Source of the DNA: Callorhinchus milii
Lineage: Eukaryota
Direction of reading: 5' to 3'
Assembly: GCF_018977255.1 (NCBI RefSeq)
Contig: NW_024704743.1
Location: forward strand, 97,962,001 to 98,026,000
Length of the DNA stretch: 64,000 nt
Shown: positions 1-13,745 of the stretch, one piece after another
Position numbering within the stretch: position 1 is the first letter of the stretch
How the letters are laid out: each line of letters starts with the position of its first letter
Position numbers and translations under genes: made by a program
The notes under the pieces: model-generated
Seen by the model: only the letters and a program-made list of their open reading frames with translations
Told to the model about the DNA's origin: nothing
Database searches by the model: none

Positions 1-1467
1 AGTAAGTCAGTTGGATCTAATTTGTATTTCCTAAATATAGAATTTCCTAAATAAGGAATCCTGTTAAGAAATATCACAAGTTAGACCTGCTTATTGAAGA
101 TTATTCAAGGTTAATCATTCAAACGAAAGCCAACTCTTAACACAAAAAGAAAGAATGAAATTGATAAAAGGTCATTTGGAGATTCTTATTATGAAATCCA
201 GCCAACAAACCTTCCTGCAGGGAATTTCTATACCGATGTTCTGTCATCGCAGAGGTGATCAAACAAAACTTCCAGAATACTCATCCATTTCCACATCTCC
301 TCTATTTAACTCTGACACATAGCTGTGCCTGGGCCCAGCAGCATTCAACCCCTGTGTCCCCTGTAGAATTTGTTCATTTCAGTCTGCACCTCTTCCTGTA
401 TCCCCAGGACTGTTCCATCACTGCAAAAGAGAATAATGTAATAAGGTTTGGTCTAGAGCATTCAGTATCGCTGCAGTGGTCACAGTTGAAAGCCTGTGCT
501 GCCATGTAGCTCTGCTCAAATGAGGTTATCTTCATTTATTATTTAAAAGGTGTGTTAGGCGTTTTATAAAAATGCTCACCATGCTCTCATTTCACTTGCA
601 GCTTGTACAAAATGGTAGAGTTTTTATTTGTAGATGAGGCAGCTGTAGTCTTCAAATGACGGATAGGATAAAGATACAGACAGAAATATCAGAAGGATGT
701 CTGTTCCTATAAGAGTTTTGGCCAGAACACATGTGTAACAACAACAACAAATTACATTTGTAGAGCGCCTTTCACTTCGGGAGGATGTCCCAAGGCACTG
801 GACAGTCAGGAATGTGTAAAGCATGAAATTTCACCTAGCCTTAGCCTGTAAGATCATTTGGTCTTCAAAATTAAGATAGTTCAGAATTGTAAAAAAATCT
901 TAAATTCATTCTTAATTTGAAAGGTGAATCTTTTTAAGATCTGCAGCAAACTGGCTTTCAAATTAAAACTATGATTAAGACTTGTGCTGGGAAGTGGACA
1001 CCATTCCTATGTCACACATTCATTTTCAGTGTTAAGCACTCCCTGAACATTTCACCCACACTGGCAATCCACATCCTTGTCGGGTTTAGCAACTGCACAG
1101 TACTTAACTTATCAGAACCACTCTACCTGTTAAGCTTTGACTCATGGAGTTGTGGATATGTCTGTCAACATCTCCTAGCTTGCTTTGGAATTACTGCCAA
1201 TTCAATCCACGAGATGCCCCAATTGTCTGGAGGGTTTTTAGCTAACCTGTAACTAGTTCCCAGTTTCTTAACAATGTGTAGAATCTGGGCATTTCAATTC
1301 TCTTCTAGCAATGAAATTATTGGTACTTTACTTTTGATTGAATTCCTGATAACTTACTTCTGCTTATATCACAATGCTCCTTGTTACCAGTATGAGAATT
1401 GTTGGTCTGGTTTCTGATATTCTGTAAACATATTTGGATGGTTAACTATTTTGTAATCATATTAAGA

Positions 1468-1810
1468 ATCATTGCATTTGATGTAGCACCTTATCATGAC
1501 TTTGAAATGTCTCAAAATGCTTCACTGGAATTACTACAAAGTGCAGTGACTGTCTGTCTGTGGGCAAACACAGCTGCCAATTTGCACACAGCAATGTCTC
1601 ACAAACAACCATGAAGTGAATGCTCAATTTTATTTGGAGATTTGTTGGCCAGGACACCAGGAAACATTCTTTTCAAATAATGTCTGGGAGCCTTAAAGTC
1701 CACCTCAACAGATAGAGAGGACCTCAGTTTAACATCTCATCTGAAGAACAGCACCTGGATCAATGTAACGGAGCATTGCACTTGAGTGCCAGACTATGAG
1801 CTCAGAAGTC
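1468..1810 (-). mobile_element. Deu-domain SINE (older family). Other minus copies or fragments: ~2930-3110, 11720-12070, 14050-14150, 15325-15650, 17320-17710, 18720-18830, 45565-45680
   Basis: Reverse complement of the shared core (gttggccaggacacc, ctcagtttaacatctcatc) and of the tail (ttgcatttgatatagcgcc). Confidence 0.8.
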
Positions 1811-4329
1811 CTGATTAATCATTCTTAAGCAAGAATTCCTCACTTGCCAGCTCCATTATCTGGTTTGAAATGTTTTGCATGCTAACAGCATTTTGAATGG
1901 TACACTAGGCCTGGAAAATGTGATGTGACCAAAACCTAAGCTACCATCAGTGTTTCTTCTTAAAAGATATCCATCTGCCCATCAGCAATAACTCGAATTC
2001 TAGGCTTTTTGTCACATAAAAATACCAATGGTACTTTATGAGGTGGTATTCAAGTAGATTGCAATGAGCAATCTGGAATAACGGTGCAGCCAGAGACGTC
2101 TGTACAAAGGGTGCATGTCTTGTGAATTCATTCTTGCTGGTTCCTGGGATACAGAAGTATTTAACGGGTACTGTGCTGGTACTAACCAGTGCGTCCTCAT
2201 TGGCTTTATTGAAGGACCTCTTACTTACATCAACCAGCTGGTATTTTGAATAATGTCAGCTCAAAAAAAAATCTTTCACTGTACACTTAGTAATTCACAC
2301 ATTACCTTTTCTGCTCTCAAAGACAAAAAAAGTGGTAATATGATATTGCTGACTCTGCAGGTGCGTTGCTCAAACCCCACAAATTAAAGCTTGCAGCACT
2401 AACAGCGCAGAGATTTGCATACCAATATCTTTTAACTTGGCGAAAGAGTCACATAAAATAAATATAAATAGAACCTCATTATCAAGCAACAGCTGAGCCT
2501 CAGGAAATGAGGCTGTGAAAATATATAGCTCTGAACCCCGATCTATTGTAGGAGTTTTATCTTCGAAGTGTCTGGAGGATGTAAAAGCTTGTTGTTGGTT
2601 CCAGGTGCTGCTCCCGCTCAGGTCTGAACTTTTTTTTNCCACTGTCACCCTTAATTGCAATCCTTCTGGCTTATTCACACTTTGTTCACCGTGGCAAAAT
2701 AATTTGAATTAGCAGGTGTAAAAAGCATTTGCGTGTCAGTTTGGATGAATTTTTAGCACTTTTGCAATCGCAGCAGCCTCTCTCTCAGCTATGCTTCACA
2801 CTGCCACGATTGCAAATGACGAGTCTCCAAATCAGAGGCTGAGAAACTTTACTCTACTAAGATGGTTCCATACAGAAGTTTTTATCACTTGCTCCCTATA
2901 ATGGCACAAGTCAAAAGTAGTTATTTGTAATAATAATAATAATCTTTGCATTTGTTATCATACCTTTCACTTTGGGAGAATCTATCAAAGTGCTTCACTC
3001 ACAGGATTTATTGTAAAACATAGTGACTGTGTATTTGTAGGCGAATGGGGCAGCCCATTACACACAGCAACATTCCACAAACCATGAAGTCAATGATCAA
3101 TTTTATTTCACAAGATCACAAGATGTTTTGACATCGTGAGCAATAAGTCAACTAACACCTCAGATCTCTTTCAGCTTCCTCTTTGGCAAGCTCTATCCCT
3201 TTTGTGGTAAGATATCTGTTATCATATTTCAGGCCAGGCAATTGAGTTCCGCCCACGCATACCAATTGGCATTTCTTTGAGAGAGCACATTGCAGATTTC
3301 TGTACCTGGGTGGACCATGGGAGATTTAATGAAGAGGGAAGGCTTTATAAAATCATCCTTTTCCTGACCTATAGGACAAAGAAGACTCTTGTTTCAGCAT
3401 TCAGCTGATGGTTATAACATTTCTGAGTTAAGAGCATTAGAGTAAACAAACTGTATGCAATTGTTTTGTCCTGCTGGAAACTTCTGCTGGTAATTTTCTA
3501 ATTGCATTTTGCAAATTTGACTAGAGTGCACTCTATGTCTGTCAGGCCATCAGCAATACCCACCTTTGTTGGGAGTATCTAAATACAGTACAACATATTA
3601 CTTGTGAGATAATTTCTAAATAAAACCGTTTATAATGCTGCTATTATTTCACAGAGCTTTAAACACAGTAGGGCTGATTGCATGCAAGGAATCAAAGGTA
3701 ATTTAGATTAAAGATGCAGAAAGAGCTATGAGATGCCTCATTCATTCCCTCCCATCGCCATTATCTCAAGCCTATTAATTACAGTATTGTCTATTTTTGT
3801 AAGCTCTATCCAGAACAATTTTTAAACAGAAAGAAATAAACAATTTCCTGCATTGACTAGCAAAGCTGAAACTCATTGCCTACATTAATGCCAGCGCATC
3901 CAATACTACCACTGTTTGTCTCCATATTGTTGTTTTCTATGAGCAACCATAGTAAAGCCATGCATACCAATACAGTAAACCCATGCATACCAATACAAAT
4001 GTTTTAACTTCAAGGTTAAATAAGGAACTATTAGGAAGTAAAGTAAGGACTTCTCTTCTAATGTCTCAGTTGGTAAACCCTGATGGGGGACTGAGCCACA
4101 CAGGACAGAAGATCCCAAGTTCTACTCTGAGTTAGGGATTACCCCAGATATAATAATGGTGCAAATCTGGGGTATTTCAAGGGGAATTTGTAGCATTGTT
4201 CCTTTCATCTGATCACTATCCAGTGATTCCTCTTGGAAAGCAGTTGTGAATGGATGTTGGACAGGATCACAGGGACAGATCCTGCAGCGGGAGGAAGGAG
4301 AAGGGAAGTGAGAAAACAATAGTTAAGCC

Positions 4330-4988
4330 TGTTATCAGGGCTTTGAGCTCACAGTCTAGGCTGACACTGCAATAAAGAAATGGGGGAGTGCTGCATTGAC
4401 AAAGGTATCAGTTCAGATGAGATGTTAAACCAACTGTTTAGGTGGAAGTTAAAGATTCCTTGACACTATTTGAAAATAAGGGAGTTTTTTTTCCCAGTGT
4501 CCTGCTAACAATCTATTAGATAAATTGGTCAGTCAATTCATGGCTGTTTGTGACCATGTCTGTGTGCAAGCTGCATGGTTGCCTGCAGTTATACATGTAT
4601 TCCACTTTGGGACACTTTCAGACTTTTCAACATTATGGCCACTATGGAGTCCTGTAGCTCAGTGGTTAGAGCACTCGACTCGCAAGCGAGACCTGGGTTT
4701 GATTCCCGCCAGGGCAAAACCTTGGGCAAGTTTCCTTACTCCACATGCCTGATAATAATCCCTCAAGAACAAAAAAAATAATAAATTGGTTACTTCAATC
4801 CATGATTGTTTGTGGGACGCTGCTGTGCGTAATTGAGTGCCGTGTTTCGCCCACAAATGTACAGTCAATCCACTTTACAGTACATTCTGTGAAGCGCTTC
4901 GAGACGTCTAGAAGACATGAAAAAGCACTATACCAAATACAAGGATTATTATTATTATAACTATATAAAATGCAAGGTTTATTATTAT
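4330..4988 (+). mobile_element. Older Deu-domain SINE with a full-length short tRNA-SINE (4646-4958) nested in its tail
   Basis: Deu-like gatgagatgttaaac..gttaaagat; inner SINE flanked by ACTAT (4641-4645, 4960-4964); the host tail resumes afterwards. Confidence 0.85.
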
Positions 4989-6158
4989 GATTAATAAAAT
5001 GCCGTGTCTCCATAAGACTCAAAATCTGTTGAAAATCTCAGAAAGTTCAAAACATTATTTATGTTTTATAGACTCATTGTCAGGATGTTTCACATAGAGC
5101 TTCAGTCCTCAACCACTGCCCTGTGCTAAACTGGGATGTTCCTCAGGGAGAAATTTGGTTCTGCCTACTATCTTTCTGTGAGTACTGAGCTAACGTGGTG
5201 ACAAGGCCGTATTGCATATGTCTGGTACAAGATAGATTTCATTAAATAATGTCAGTACAGAGGAACGATATTATAGTGCCCTTCAACAAAACCTGCCTCG
5301 CTCTAGTACAAGTCCTCTGTGGTAGACTATGATACACCCAGCTTCCAGTGCTGATTGGCTGGCTTCCCATACTAATAAAAGTCTACTTCTGGGTCACCAG
5401 GACACCACTGATATCGCTTGCTGCACAATGTTAATATGTAGGAACTGGAGTCATTTCACAAAGGAAATGACATCAGCGGTGAATGGACAACCTGTAATTT
5501 GGCATTGTTCCATGTCTCCTTATGCCTCGGATATTGTACCCAGTCAATCTGGACCAGCTACAATGAGGTTTCCTCGATGATTATGGATGTTATAGCTACG
5601 TCATTATTAGGCCTGTTTGAGGACCTCCTCCCTAGGAAGTCATATTCCTGTTAGACTTTACTTTTAAGAATGTTAACCAAAATAATCTTCCATAGTCAAG
5701 GCAACCTACAACCAGTGAAAACACTGAGGCAGACCCAAAATCACAAAGCTTCCAGCAACTAAACTCTAAATTGGTCATGCGATCAGTGCAGCTTCGAACT
5801 ACAACTAAAAGCTTAACCCACTAAAAAGGATTGCTTGCTTTGTGGATGCATGCCATTCTCTCGCTTCCACTAACCACCCCCAGGCATGTCACTTGGCCTA
5901 CGTGCTGGCAAGATATCCTCCAAACACTTTGACAGAGAAGCAACAAATCGATCACAAAGCCATCCAAGTGTACGGAACTGATGGACTAAGCCACATCGGG
6001 CAGATCAGCATGTGATTCTGAAGAACAGACAACACCACCAAACCACTGGAGATGTAACGCTAGATTCTCAAACTGTAAAAATTTGGGATGTGGCACAGCA
6101 CATTATTGCTGCTGAATAAACCTTGTTTTAGCCAGGTATTCCAGCTCCAGCTCTTTTT

Positions 6159-6708
6159 AAGAACATAAGAACATAAGAATTAGGAGCAGGAGTAGGCCAT
6201 TTGGCCCCTCGAGCCTGCCCTGCCATTTGATAAGATCATGGCTGATCTTCAGATCTAACTCTAATTACCTGCCCTATCCCCATATCCCCTAATCCCTCTT
6301 TTTTTAAAAAATCTATCAGTCTCAGCCTTGAAGATGTTCAAGGACTGAGCATCTACAGCCTTCTAGGGTAGTGAATTCCATAAATTCACTACCCTCTGAG
6401 TGAAGAAATGTTTCCTCAACTCTCTTCTAAAAGGCTGACCCTTAATTTTAAGACTGTGACCCCTGGTTATAGATTCTCCTACCAGGGGAAACAGACCCTC
6501 AGTGTCTACTTTATCAGCCCTTTAAGAATCTTATATGTTTCAATAAGATCTCCCCTAATTCTTCTGTACGCTAGAGAATATATCCCTAGTTTATTCAGCC
6601 TATCCTCATAGGTCAGTCCCCTCATCCCAGGAACTAACCTAATGAATCTACGCTGCACCCCCTCTAGGGCAAGTGCACCCCCTCTAGGGCAAGTTACTCT
6701 AGGGCACA
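6159..6708 (-). mobile_element. CR1-clade LINE 3' fragment nested in an older CR1 remnant (which extends to about 6900)
   Basis: LEGVQRRFIRLVPGMRGLTYEDRLNKLGIYSL..RRIRGDLIETYKILKG; (TTCTTATG)n 3' tail; TTTTTAA on both flanks (6154-6160, 6709-6715). Confidence 0.9.
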
Positions 6709-7408
6709 TTTTTAAATGTGCCAACAGGATCATCGCTGAGTCCTTCAGCAGGAGTCTATTCCACATATCTACTTCACTTTGTGGGAAAATATTTTCCAAT
6801 CTCACTGAAGGCTTATTAATTTTATATCTATGTTCTTTCACAGTGTACTTACAACTCTACTTATGCATGCTGCTTGTATCTATCTAAATTACCCATTCCC
6901 CTCAGCATTTTAAAAGTCATATCCCTTTCCGTCTTCCTATCTCTGACACAAACAAATTCACTGAGAGAAACGTACTAGAAACCAGACCAGCCGACCAAAC
7001 TGGTTATACATCCCCTAGTTCATTACACACAGCACCACACCCAAACCACAGGATTCCTGTAATCCAGTCAAAGCAGCAATGTTTGAAAACTGGATTGGTG
7101 GCATTAAATGGAAATTCCAGTTTGCAAGGTCCATGGTGAAATTAGCAACCAGCTAATCCTAATTCGGGAAAGTTTTGGGGGAAAAATATAAAATGAATGC
7201 CCAGGCATTTCCTGTAAAATTAGCATTTGATACAAGAAATCCAGTTTGCAAATCCTGCAAATCCAGCCAATTAGTCTACAAAATACAGTTACTCCACTTT
7301 ACAGTAAATTCTATATATTGGGAGACTCTTTGCAATGCCCCCAATATATCAAATGCAAGGATTATTATATATTAAATCATATTGTCACAATTACGTAGAC
7401 TATTTTTA

Positions 7409-7765
7409 GAGTCCTGTAGCTTAGTGGTTAGAACACTCGCCTCGTAAGCGAGAGGACCTGGGTTTGATTCAAAAAGTTGGGCAAATTTCCTTACTCCACA
7501 TGCCTCTGTTTACCTAGCAATAAGTGGGAACCTGGTTGTTAGTTGATTGGCGAGTTGCTTTTCCGGGGGTAATAATCCCTCCCCCCAAAATAATAATAAT
7601 TAGGTCACTCGATCCACGACTGTTTGTGGTACACTGCTGTGCGCAATTGGCTGCCATGTTTCGCCCACAAAAATATACAGTCAATATACTTTACATATTC
7701 TGTGAAGCACTTTAAGACGTCTTGAAGATATGTTAAGGCCCTATATCAAATGTAGGTATTATCAT
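7409..7765 (+). mobile_element. tRNA-derived SINE, longer variant with an extra ~60-bp internal segment
   Basis: Same head and tail as the 51450 copy, plus extra sequence at about 7506-7568. Confidence 0.85.
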
Positions 7766-7899
7766 TTTTAGCACCATAGTTTTGCATAGAAACATTACCA
7801 GACATACATTGTAACTGGGTTATGACTTGCTGGAGATCAGATCCCCAAACAAGGCATATAATGAAGGGGATACACCATATATAGTGATGCATTGATTTA

Positions 7900-8337
7900 T
7901 CCCGATTACTCAGTCCTTGCCAAACTCTACTGGTTCCCTGTCCCAGAGCAGATCGACTTCAAGATCCTCACTCTAGTGTTTAAAATCTATCCATTCCTTG
8001 GCACACCCCTATCTCTCTAACCTCCTCTCTCCCCACAGCAGTATCCGCTGGCTCCGCTCTATTGGGTCCGGCCTCCTCCGTGTTCCCCGAATCTTCCACT
8101 CCACCATCAGTGGCCGTGCCTTCAGCCACTATGCCCGGAAAATTTGGAATTCCCTCCCTCAACCCCTTCGCCTCATCCGCTCCTTCACCACCTTCAGGTC
8201 GCGTCCTCTTTGACCGCGCCTACAATCACCTTCCCCCTCCCTCCTGCTCGGCCTCGGGCTCCGCCATTGTTAAGCGCTCTGAGACATCGCTTGGCATGGA
8301 GGGCTCTATATAAATGCAAGTTGTTGCTGTTGTTGTT
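7900..8337 (+). mobile_element. L2-clade LINE 3' fragment
   Basis: TISGRAFSHYARKIWNSLP; tail gctctatataaatgcaagttgttg. Confidence 0.85.
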
Positions 8338-11300
8338 TAGTGAAATATATCCTGTAGCAGACAAGTGCAAGGAGACCTGTCACTCTGTTAGCACAGTGGT
8401 GATAGAGGGATAATTGGCCCAACTGTGAATTTCTCCCTGAAGAATATCTCAGTTTAGTGCAGGGGAGTGGGAGGTGATGGAGGCTGTATGTGAAGCAGCC
8501 TGACAGCATCCTATAAATACAAACCAGCAGTTTCTCTAATTTGTTCGTCACAGCTTTATAATAAGGGGCAAAGTAATTGGACAAAGAAATTACAGCTCTC
8601 TTCCACACAGCAGGTTCAGAAAGAGTTTTTTTCCCAGGCACTGCGCTCTCCTGACAAATGCGACATGGGTTATTTTGCATGTGCCTTATTGCAAATTGCA
8701 ATTCCAAAATTAGGGAAAGCATTCATTCATAATAAGGTGTTAACTGTGACCTATCAAAGCTTTGAGCTTGAGCGGCTCCAGGAGTAGCCTTCTCAGAAAA
8801 TCCACTTTAATATTTAAATTTGTCCACTGGCAGTATTATGTCAGGAAAGTGATTGTGATAGCAAGAAACCTAATCTCAATATGTAACACATACATAGCTC
8901 CAACTCAAAAATAAGACAATCCTCCTCCGATGATATCTTTGCCTCTCAAAAGCCTCCTTGCTTTGGATGAGACGTTAAACTGAGGTTCCGTCTGTCTGTT
9001 CATATGGTTAAAGATCCCATGATGTTATTCAAAAAGGGAAGTGAGTTTCTCCCGGTGTCCTGGTTAATAATCCCCCAAATAAAATTGGTTACTCACTTTA
9101 TGGCTGCTTGTGGGACATTGCTGTGTGCAAATTGGCTCCAAAAAGTACACAGTCACTCCACTTTATTCTGTGCAGTACTTTGAGACATCTTGGCAATGTG
9201 ATAAAGCGCTATATCAAATGTAAGGATTATTATTATTATAATCCAATGAAGCACTTTGAGACATCCTCTTGATGTGAAAGGGATTATATCATTTGTAAGG
9301 ATTATTATGTATTTGCTATTATTATAATCAAAACCACAACTCTGCTATTCAAGTCTGATTTGTTTTTCATTTTTTTTCCCCTCATCAACCTACCCAAACA
9401 GCTTGTGTTCTTCTTCATATTCTACCAGTTTCCATCTTATCTTTCTCCTTTGAGACTCTTTAAGAAGCGGTCACAACCTCTTCACAGCATACTTCAAGCA
9501 ATGGCTGTGAGTTGTGACAGAAATAATTTTGGAACCAGTGAGCGATGGAAGGAACACAACAGAATTCAAAGGCAATGCCTGAGGACAGGTGACAAAATGC
9601 TGCATGTTTTTAAGGCTTAAAAATGGTCATAAATCTGAGACTGAGTAGAGTGTGTGAAGCAATGCAGATGAAAACAGATCTTCACATTGCAGTCAGGAAC
9701 ACAAAAGGTGCCGTACATACACCTCAAGACGCTATAGGAACTCAAACACGTTTGCTCATGATGCCTGTGCTGAAGCTCCCACACCATTGCCTAAGCATCT
9801 ACAGCTCTCAGCCCACTGCATACAAATGTTCAAGCCAAGAGTTAGCCATTTATTATCGCTGGATCAGGAAGCTTGAAATTCCATGCAGGAACACCATTTT
9901 GTCTTAAAATTTAAGAATGTGCAGAATTGTAGACATTTCTCAAATTCATTCTTAATTCTCTGGTTTTTTCTATGTTCTCAGTGGTCATCATCATGAGGTA
10001 CCTACACTGTTTGTATATGGCTTCAGCTATACTCTGTTACCGACCCAACTGTCCAGCGCCTTGGGACATCCTCCCGACGTGAAAGGCGCTCTATAAATGA
10101 AATCTTGTTTTTGTACTGTGTTACGAAACGTACAAAGTCAATGTTATTTGCAATAAAACCTGCAGTTGTAAGATGTTGTTGTTGTTGTTGAAGATGGTCT
10201 CTAGTGAGCAATATGTTATCTCCAAATCAACTAACAGTAATCAAATAGTGGAGAAGCCAATAGTAGTCAAATAATTGAGTAGCCGGATTGATGGTTGTGG
10301 AGATGAATATTTACTATCTAGCTATTTGCAATGGGACTCCACTCTTGTTGGTAATGGCATTCACAAAGGTGGGGAAACAGCATACAATATGGTATATATA
10401 GCTGATCAAATCAAACTACCTATTTTGTACAGGTGTCAGTCTGGCTCGGCTGATAGAACTCTTACTTCTCAGCCTGAATATTGTGTGAATACCCTATTTG
10501 GGTTTTGAGACTCCAATACAGTGCCTGGGGAGCACTGCTCCCAGCCTTTGGATGACTTGTTAAATCAGTCGGTGGCCAACCTTTATGGTTAACCAACCAA
10601 ATAAATGTTTCTTCATTGAATATTTCTTGATTTATGGTCTCAACATAAATATCGCTACTGGAAACAAAATATTGATTTAACAGACTTACCTAGATGGGTG
10701 GGAATGGTCAGCAGGCCACTTCTTGACGCCCCCCGCACCCCCCCCCCCCCCCCACCCGCAGACTTTTGGTCTGTGGGCCACTGTGTTAAACCAATGTCCT
10801 GTCTGGCTGTTTAAATGGATGTTAAAGATCCCATGACACTATTCAAACAGAGAAGGGAGTTTCTCTCAGTGTCCTGGCCAACAATTTCCCAAATAAAATT
10901 GCCAATGCACAAATTGTTTGTTGTGTTCACCTACGTACATACAAGTAACTGCACTTGACAATAAATCCTGAGAAGTGCTTTGAGACATCCTCCAATGTGA
11001 CAAGACATTATGTCAAGTTATTATTTAGTAGCAATATCATAGGCCAACATTTCATAATTATAGCAAAAGATTGTTAGGCACAGAGATGAGCTTTAGCTAT
11101 AGAAACAGATGTCGACACGTCAAAATGGGCCAAATGGCCTCCTGCTGTGTCACACATTTCTATGGTTCTATGGATGGGAACTGATAGTAAAGCCGATAAA
11201 TCAGACAGTAAAATGAAATCTGCTCATCAATCTGGAATCACCAAGATGATAATGAATGAGCATGAATAATCTTAAATCAGCACAAGTTCAAAATAGTTAA

Positions 11301-13479
11301 GCCGGATTCATTGAGTGTTTCATTACAGTCATCAAAATGCATAGAATTATGCAATACCCTATTACATTACACAGGAAATACAATGATACCCCACAAGGCG
11401 ATTGATGCTACAAAAAGAGACCCAGAGGATATGTTCAGGAGCTTTAATCAGTTCACAACCACAAACTTCTAATAGATTCAATAATCGTGCCCAGGCTTTA
11501 TTGTCATTTTCTTTTCTTTCTTTGTCCCTGATGTGAAGAGTGATTTAAAAATATCCAAACATATATCAAATCACGAGATAGATTTTAGCACTTTAAGGTT
11601 AAAAGTACTTGAACCCTTAAGTTGTACAATTCCCACAAGTTTCTGCAGAAGTTAAGAGTTCAGTTTCTGCCTTGTGGAGGAGATCGGTACCTTACTTAAA
11701 ATCCCACATCCAATATAATAATCATAATAATACTTGTATTTCATATAGCGCCTTATCATGCTGTCAAAATGTCTCAAAGCGCTTCACAGGATTGCATTGG
11801 GAAGTGTAGTGACTGTAAATGCAGCAGTTAATGCCCCATAAACAGCCATGAATGACCAATTTTATGTGGAGGGTTGTTGGCCAGGACAGTTTCTCTTTTG
11901 GAATAATCTGGACTTCTGGTTAACATTATTTCAGACAAGACAGCTCTCTTCCATCATGCACTGTAGTGTCATCTTAGACTCCACCCTTGAGCTCAAAGTC
12001 CTGACGTGGTGTTTGAACCCTCAACTTTCTGACTCAGAGGCGAGAGTGCTCCCAACTGAGTCAGACTGACATCTGGAGTTCCTCCATCCAAGTGAAATAA
12101 ATTATCTAAATGCTAGGTTGTTATAATATGTCCTGATTTTCTGCAAAATTTCTGGGATTAACCAACGTGCAAGTCCGTAATTTAATGTGAAACAAAGGAT
12201 TAGAGTATGAGCCACTGCCCAGTCAGCCAGCACACTGATTGAACTGTATTCATCCCAGTTGACATATATTCTTACAGTGATCTTTCACGGGCTATTGTAT
12301 TTTAATTCTTTATAACCGCTGGTCAGAGGCAGCCTGTAAGCAGATTTTTGTGTACAGAATTCACTTCATTGAACAGATTGCAAACAGCAGTATCTAATTC
12401 AGTATCCAGACAATTCTGCTCAGTTTAATATTCAGAGCACTTTTCCAATTTCTAAATCTTCTCACCAAGACATTGTTTTCACTTAATAATTTAAGCAATA
12501 TAAAATTGAAAGTGAATGTCTCTCACTTACTGGGAGCAGCAATTTATCCCTTTTTCAAGAGAACCTTAACAGTTGTAGTCTTTACTGATATTATTTGGTT
12601 CTTTGTGTGAGTTGATCTAAAGCACAGAGGGAACTGGAAATGTCAATAAAGTTGGGATCCTTTTGACATTTTGTATGAATAACTCATAGAAAACTGTTTG
12701 CTGCTGTGGCTAAACTATGCTGCTAGAAACACTGAATTTAAAGGCACACAGTTTTCATAAAACAAAATTGGCAATCTTTTTAGAAATCTGGTTAAAGGGA
12801 GATGATGCAATGATACAAATCACATTGAAATACACTTACATGTAAAAATGACACTGGGCACTTGTGGGTCCTTAAAATAGAATATGGTTTACCAGACTAA
12901 TTTTCATTAAGGAGATATCTCTTTAAGGCACGCACTCCTACGGAAGAATAGTCATAAGTGCATAAAAGCATTGTCATATTTTTGCACGAACACCCACACA
13001 TACACACACAGCTAAGGAGCTGTCTGGCTTCGTACTAAAAATTAATTTGGCAGGAATGAAAAATTAAATTCACAAGTGAGTCTTGGCCCTAAGTTGAACA
13101 TGCTGCAGTATTGAGTCATAGAGCAAGGATGTGATTTCATCTAAAGACAAGCACTAAACATACAGTTTTTAAACAATTTAAACAATTTGTTCTCAATTCC
13201 TGTAATAATAAAAATTAATGATTAAGATACATTAATATCATTATATGAGTTACACAGTAGTCGTTTGAATATACTTCACAACATATTAGTATATCAGATG
13301 GCTTCCGTTATCATTGCACAACCTCTTACAAGTGCGTCCTTCTCATTTTCAGTCTAAATTGTTGTTTAAGGAATTCCTTAAGTATCATATCTGGATTTCC
13401 CCAAGATGTGATGGAGGTGAATTTAGACAGCATTCTTAATGGATGTGATGGAGATGAATCCAAACAGCATCCAGACAGT

Positions 13480-13745
13480 ATTCTGCCACTCTTCCCCCAC
13501 CCCTTGGAACTCCATCCCGCAGTCCCTCCGCCTCGCCCCCTCAGTTGCCACCTTCAAGACCCATCTCAAGACCCTCCTCTTCGACCGTGCCTTCGATCAC
13601 TCTGCTTCCCCCACTGCCCTCCCACCTCCCCGACCCTGACCCTAACCCCCAGCTTGGGTCCAAAACTCTGTCTGTCCAGTGCCTTGGGACGTCCTCCCGA
13701 CATGAAAGCCACTATACAAATGTAATTTTGTTGTTGTTGTTGTTA
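13480..13745 (+). mobile_element. L2-clade LINE 3' fragment
   Basis: [30 protein letters not shown]; (TTG)n tail. Confidence 0.85.

Noticed and set aside
2638..2638. Ambiguous base n
   Set aside because: Sequencing ambiguity after a T homopolymer; not biological.
5280..6110. Coding-like composition suggesting an old retroelement or pseudogene
   Set aside because: No recognisable protein motif in any frame I could read.
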